A stretch of DNA of 64,000 nucleotides from Planctomycetota bacterium. Lineage in GTDB: Bacteria; Planctomycetota; UBA8108; SXIK01. The notes under the pieces are model-generated. The model did no database searches, was not told the DNA's origin, and saw only the letters and a list, made by a program, of their open reading frames with translations. This document shows positions 59,499-64,000 of the stretch, in pieces (position 1 is the stretch's first letter; each line of letters opens with the position of its first letter). The DNA lies in assembly GCA_965223265.1 (NCBI GenBank), contig OZ244999.1, positions 5,440,001 through 5,504,000 on the forward strand. The letters run 5' to 3'. The position numbers and the translations under genes are program-made.

Positions 59499-61001
59499 AT
59501 GGATTTCAATGACCGAAACAATCCTCGTGCGAGATGCTGGTTTGGTCCACGACCGTCACACCCGTTTGTCACGCGTCGGGAGATGTTGAGCCGCCTCGGC
59601 GGCGGCGTCGGCTCCATCGGCCTACTGCAGGCTTTGGCGGGCAGCGGATCGCTTCGCGCGTCTCCGACCGCGGCAGGGGTCGAAGAGCAGCCGCACACGC
59701 CGGTGGCCACCTCGCCGCTCGCTCCCAAAGTGCCTCACTTCGCGCCGCGCGCTACGCGCATGATTCAACTCTTCATGCCAGGCGGCCCCTCGCACGTAGA
59801 TACGTTCGATTACAAGCCGGACATTGCCAAGTACGCCGGTCAACGACCTGGCGAAGTCGATCTCAGGTCGCTGCGCAACACCAAAGGCGGACTCATGAAG
59901 TCGCCGTTCGGATTCAAGCGCTACGGTCAGAGCGGCCACTGGGTGAGCGACATCTTTCCGCACGTCGCCGAGTGTGTCGACGAGATCTGTTTCATCCACT
60001 CGATGCACACCGACATACCGGAGCATGCCGGTGGCATTTTGATGATGAATCTCGGACACTTGCAGCCGAACCGCCCGAGTATGGGGTCTTGGCTTGTCTA
60101 CGGCCTGGGAACTGAGAATCAAAACCTGCCTGGCTTCGTTTCCATGTGCCCGCGCGCTGAACCGCGCGGCCGCAAGTCGAACTGGGGGAGTAGTTTTCTT
60201 CCCGGGGAGTACGGCGGCTGCCACATCAATCTGGGAAAGATGCAGCAGGACGCGGTCGTACCGCACCTCGTCAACCCTCGGCTTGGACGCGACGCGCAGC
60301 GACGTCAAACGCTGCTCTGGCAGCGCTTGAGCAACTTGCAGCTTGAGAAGGTCGAGCGCGATCATGACCTCGAAGCGAGCATTGAGGCCATGGAGATGGC
60401 GTTTCGTATGCAGTTCGCCGTGCCGGAGGCGTTCGATACGAAACACGAAACCCAGGCGACAAAGGACCTCTACGGCGAGGGCGATTTCGCCAAGGGATGC
60501 CTGATCGCGCGGCGACTTGTGGAGCGTGGCGTGCGCGTCGTCCAGCTCTCGATCTCGATCGACGAATACGATATTCCCTGGGACACTGGCCATCACGACA
60601 TCGCGGGCGGCCACAAAGTCCTGGCGCAGTCGTGTGACCGTGGAATCGCCGCGCTCTTGCGCGACCTCCGTGCCCGAGGTCTTCTCGAAGAGACGCTCGT
60701 GGTTTGGGGCGGCGAGTTCGGGCGCGCTCCAACCTCCGAAGGCAAACGCGGACGCGACCACAATCACTACGGCTACACAACCTGGCTTGCGGGCGGTGGC
60801 GTACGTCCCGGCATGAGCTATGGGGCGACGGACCGGTTTGGTCTACGGGCGGTCGAGAATCGCGTCCACGTGCACGATTTGCACGCGACGATTCTCCACC
60901 TCATGGGCCTCGATCACGAACGACTCACCTATCGCTACTCGGGCCGCGACTTCCGCCTCACTGACGTTCACGGCAAGGTGATCTCGGACATTTTGGCGTA
61001 G
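59499..61001 (+). CDS. DUF1501 domain protein
   Basis: TRREML, GGPSHVDTFDYKP, GEFGR, GRDHN, DLHATILHLMG, RDFRLTDVHG. Confidence 0.93.
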   Translation: MDFNDRNNPRARCWFGPRPSHPFVTRREMLSRLGGGVGSIGLLQALAGSGSLRASPTAAGVEEQPHTPVATSPLAPKVPHFAPRATRMIQLFMPGGPSHVDTFDYKPDIAKYAGQRPGEVDLRSLRNTKGGLMKSPFGFKRYGQSGHWVSDIFPHVAECVDEICFIHSMHTDIPEHAGGILMMNLGHLQPNRPSMGSWLVYGLGTENQNLPGFVSMCPRAEPRGRKSNWGSSFLPGEYGGCHINLGKMQQDAVVPHLVNPRLGRDAQRRQTLLWQRLSNLQLEKVERDHDLEASIEAMEMAFRMQFAVPEAFDTKHETQATKDLYGEGDFAKGCLIARRLVERGVRVVQLSISIDEYDIPWDTGHHDIAGGHKVLAQSCDRGIAALLRDLRARGLLEETLVVWGGEFGRAPTSEGKRGRDHNHYGYTTWLAGGGVRPGMSYGATDRFGLRAVENRVHVHDLHATILHLMGLDHERLTYRYSGRDFRLTDVHGKVISDILA

Positions 61002-61112
61002 CGTGCGACGTGAGGCGATCGCAAATGAGCCACAAGATGCCGGCGGTGCGATCCTTGTATGCCGCGACGCAGCAGCAGACGACGCACCCGACGACCGAGG
61101 AACTCGCTGATC

Positions 61113-62366
61113 ATGGCCACTGAATCGATCGACACCGCGTCCGGCGGCGCGCGCCGCTGGTACGAGCGCATCGGCCCAGGCATCATCACCGCCTGCGTCG
61201 TCATCGGCCCAGGAAGTATTCTGACAAGCTCGAAGACGGGTGCAGCCCACGGTTACTCGTTGGCGTGGGTTGTTGCTGCAGCCGTCGTTTTCATGCTCGT
61301 CTTCATGACACTTGGCGCCAAACTCGGCGTCATCGCGGGCACCTCGCCGGGCGACCTCATCAGAGCACGAGGAGGACGCCCTCTCGCGATCCTGATCGGC
61401 GTCGGAATCTTCATGATCTCGGCCGGCTTTCAGTTCGGCAACAATCTGGGCGTGCACTCTGCCTTTGCGGCGCTTGGATTGGAATGGGACTATACGGCGG
61501 TCGCGTTCAATGCTGTTTCGATTCTGTTTCTTTTCGGCTTCAAGAATCTCTATCGTGCTGTTGAACGCCTGATGATGGGGCTGGTCGGACTGATGCTCCT
61601 GTCGTTCGTCATCAACCTCATATTCGCCAAGCCGCACCTCGGCGAGTTGGCTGCAGGCTTTCTCCCAGGTCGCACGAAAATTGACATCACCCTCCTTGGA
61701 CTCGTCGGCACGACATTCGTCGTCTCAGCGGGGTACTTTCAGGCTTTTCTCGTGCAGCAGAAAGGCTGGGGGAAGCCTGAGCTACGCAGCGGACTGCTGG
61801 ACGCTCGCGTCGGTTCGGTGATCATGGCGCTCATCACGCTGATGCTGATGTGGACTGCAGCGGCCGGTCTGCGTAACGAGTCGCTCAACAACGTCGAAGA
61901 AGTCGCGCAAGGGCTCAACCCACTCTTCGGCGGTTGGGGTCAGCCCATCTTCTGCCTCGGACTCTTCTCTGCTGCCTATTCTTCCTTCCTGGTGAACTCG
62001 ATGATCGGTGGGTTCATTCTGTCGGACGGACTGGGCTTAGGCTCGAAGCCAACGGACCGCTGGCCACGTTTGTTCACCGTCTTCGTTCTGCTCACCGGCA
62101 TGTTCATCGCGCTCTACGCGATCAAATCAGGAACGCGCCCAGTCGCCGCGATCGTGACAGCACAGGCGCTGACGGTCATTGCCTCACCGCTCGCCGCCGG
62201 CGCGCTTCTGTGGCTAACCAACCGACGCGACGTCATGGGGGAGGAGCGCAACGGCCCGCTCCTCAACATTCTCGGCGGCCTGGGATTCCTCATTCTCCTG
62301 GCCATGGCGTGGCGGACGGCCGCGTACAACGTGTGGCCGGCGATCGCGGCTTGGCTTGAGGGCTAG
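61113..62366 (+). CDS. NRAMP-family divalent metal transporter
   Basis: IGPGIITACVVIGPGS, FQFGN, LVGTT, about 11 TM helices. Confidence 0.9.
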   Translation: MATESIDTASGGARRWYERIGPGIITACVVIGPGSILTSSKTGAAHGYSLAWVVAAAVVFMLVFMTLGAKLGVIAGTSPGDLIRARGGRPLAILIGVGIFMISAGFQFGNNLGVHSAFAALGLEWDYTAVAFNAVSILFLFGFKNLYRAVERLMMGLVGLMLLSFVINLIFAKPHLGELAAGFLPGRTKIDITLLGLVGTTFVVSAGYFQAFLVQQKGWGKPELRSGLLDARVGSVIMALITLMLMWTAAAGLRNESLNNVEEVAQGLNPLFGGWGQPIFCLGLFSAAYSSFLVNSMIGGFILSDGLGLGSKPTDRWPRLFTVFVLLTGMFIALYAIKSGTRPVAAIVTAQALTVIASPLAAGALLWLTNRRDVMGEERNGPLLNILGGLGFLILLAMAWRTAAYNVWPAIAAWLEG

Positions 62367-62386
62367 TCCCAGGACGAAGAACGGCC

Positions 62387-62553
62387 GCGTTTGCGTTTGC
62401 GTTTGCGTTTGCGTTTGCGTTTGCGTTTGCGTTTGCGTTTGCGTTTGCGTTTGCGTTTGCGTTTGCGTTTGCGTTTGCGTGGCCGTGGCCGTGACCGTGA
62501 CCGTGACCGTGACCGTGACCGTGACCGTGACCGTGGGCGCGCGCCTCTGTCTC
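62387..62553 (+). repeat. Composite hexamer microsatellite C: (GCGTTT)15 GCGTGG CCGTGG (CCGTGA)7 CCGTGG plus GCCTCTGTCTC tail
   Basis: Seen directly. Confidence 0.95.
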
Positions 62554-62555
62554 AA

Positions 62556-62593
62556 GCCCGCCGTGTTGCACATGCACGGCGGGCCCGAGGCCC
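62556..62593. terminator. GC-rich hairpin(s) at the 3' end of the four-helix-bundle gene
   Basis: GCCCGCCGTG / CACGGCGGGC 10-bp perfect stem; no U-tract. Confidence 0.5.
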
Positions 62594-62598
62594 CTGCG

Positions 62599-62922
62599 TC
62601 AGTGCGTCAGCTTCCAGAGCATCGCCTGCAGCGCATCGACGTCCGCAAGTACCGAGTCGATTTGCGACGCATCGATATAGCCCCATGCCGCAGCAACCTT
62701 GAGCGCCGTGCGCACCTCTTCAGCGCTACCTGAGGCAACGCGCCAAAGATGCCCGCGGTCGCGACCTTGACGCCGATTGCCCTCAGCAAGGTTGAGTGCC
62801 ACGGACGAACCGGCATCGCGCAGCTGAGCGGCAAGCTTTGAGTCGTGACGACGGATACTCGAGACGAGGGGTCGCAGCTGACGAACTATGCTAAAAGTGT
62901 GATCCAGAGCGAGAAAGCCCAT
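62599..62922 (-). CDS. Four helix bundle protein (TIGR02436 / 23S-IVP / Avd-like fold)
   Basis: LAAQLRDAGSSVALNLAEG...VASGSAEE...WGY...MLWKL; GGAG RBS 7 nt before ATG. Confidence 0.93.
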   Translation of the reverse strand: MGFLALDHTFSIVRQLRPLVSSIRRHDSKLAAQLRDAGSSVALNLAEGNRRQGRDRGHLWRVASGSAEEVRTALKVAAAWGYIDASQIDSVLADVDALQAMLWKLTH

Positions 62923-62989
62923 GTGTGACTCCGGTAACGGCCCAGTGAATTGTCGCCGACGCCCGACGCGGCGGCGTTTCACTGCCGCC

Positions 62990-63073
62990 AACCGAACGAG
63001 AGACGGGGTCAAGGGCGCGAAGCGCCGAGCGCAGCGAGGGCACCCTTGAGGCCGGCTCTCGTTCGGTTACGAT
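62990..63073 (+). promoter_or_regulatory. Long hairpin, candidate ssDNA (Frpo-like) promoter for the four-helix-bundle gene
   Basis: AACCGAACGAGAG (62990-63002) pairs with CTCTCGTTCGGTT (63056-63068); TCAAGGG/CCCTTGA inner stem; TTGAGG-16nt-TACGAT on the 3' arm. Confidence 0.65.
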
Positions 63074-63152
63074 CGACAAAACCGCCGACGCACGCACGCC
63101 TGAAGCAGCAGAGCTCTTCTCTGCCCTCGGCTCGAGCGCCGCTACCGCGCAC

Positions 63153-63410
63153 CGGTTTGCGTTTGCGTTCGCGTTTGCGAGGGAGTGGGAGTGGAGTACT
63201 CCGTCTCTGTCTCTGTCTCCGCCTCTGTCTCCGCCTCTGTCTCCGTCTCCGCCTCGGTCTCCGTCTCCGTCTCCGTCTCGGTCTCCGTCTCGGTCTCGGT
63301 CTCCGTCTCGGTCTCCGTCTCCGCCTCTGTCTCCGTCTCCGTCTCCGCCTCTGTCTCCGTCTCCGTCTCCGCCTCTGTCTCTGTCTCCGTCTCCGTCTCT
63401 GTTTCTGACT
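63153..63410 (+). repeat. Composite hexamer microsatellite D: GCGTTT block, GAGTGG block, GGAGTACTCC, then about 34 CCGTCT/CTGTCT/CCGCCT/CGGTCT units
   Basis: Seen directly. Confidence 0.95.
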
Positions 63411-63464
63411 CTTCCTCTATCCAATCTCCACGCTCCCCCCTAAAGCCCCAGCCCGACGAAAGAC

Positions 63465-64000
63465 TCAGATAAAGTCCAGCGCGCAAAGGTGGTCGAAATA
63501 CGCGTTCTTGTTGCCGCTGTCCTTTTGGCCGCAGACGCGCATGATCTCTGCGTAGGCTTGATGCAGGCGCGAGCTCGAAGCGCGGATCGCTTCGTGCTGT
63601 CGCATGGTGGGTCCCGGCTGGTAGTCGAAGTGCTGCCGAACCCCCGAGGCGTTCCAATCGGCGAAGTACCTTCCTTGCGCTTCGATGGCTTCGACGACGA
63701 GTCGGTGGGCTTTCTGGAGAGAGGCAGGGGCGTTGAGGCGGCGCAACTCCTTCAGCACGGAATCGATTTCCGTCTGATACTGCTCAAAAGGCTGCCCACG
63801 GCGACCTCGCGACTGAAAGTAGCGCAGGGTGGCAACACGCGCCACCATAGCGTGATCGACGAGCGTAAAGAAGCGATGGAGGAACGCCTTACTCCCATCA
63901 TCGAGGCGCGCACCTTGACTGCGAAAGGTGGTTTGCCGGTGAGGGATCGCACGGTAGGCCTCGGAAATCGCCATTGGCCCTCGCGCGTTGACAAGCATGG
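63465..64000 (-). CDS. Hypothetical protein (5' end may lie outside the window)
   Basis: Open frame to the window edge, helical, ends DHLCALDFI. Confidence 0.7.
   Translation of the reverse strand, partial: MLVNARGPMAISEAYRAIPHRQTTFRSQGARLDDGSKAFLHRFFTLVDHAMVARVATLRYFQSRGRRGQPFEQYQTEIDSVLKELRRLNAPASLQKAHRLVVEAIEAQGRYFADWNASGVRQHFDYQPGPTMRQHEAIRASSSRLHQAYAEIMRVCGQKDSGNKNAYFDHLCALDFI

Noticed and set aside
62599-62922. Diversity-generating retroelement or 23S rRNA intervening sequence
   Set aside because: No reverse transcriptase, no TR/VR pair and no rRNA gene in the window.
62214-63657. ORFs with VCVC, RLRL, ANAN, ETET or DGDR runs (also at 31260-32003 and 41003-41333)
   Set aside because: They are translations of stop-free hexamer repeats that stay open in several frames at once.

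Overview
A 64-kb high-GC chromosomal window, most likely from a Planctomycetota bacterium (DUF1501, DUF1549/DUF1553, planctomycete cytochrome c, DUF1080 and dockerin-like tail genes). All family calls come from motif recognition by eye, not database searches. Contents: a degenerate UDP-GlcNAc pyrophosphorylase homolog followed by two large TPR proteins; a divergent tRNA-Leu(TAA)/tRNA-Arg(TCT) pair with a decaying islet of orphan lipoprotein genes; many catabolic and secreted enzymes; a stand-alone GHKL ATPase; GTAG-family REP elements; and a palindromic MITE. No CRISPR array, integrase, transposase or reverse transcriptase was seen. The best candidate for an undescribed system is at about 62.4-63.4 kb. 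There a four-helix-bundle (TIGR02436-like) gene is preceded by a strand-specific hairpin with the geometry of a single-stranded-DNA (Frpo-type) promoter and is bracketed by composite hexamer microsatellites. Related gene-less microsatellite arrays occur at about 31.8, 41.2 and 42.6 kb, and one abuts a REP end.
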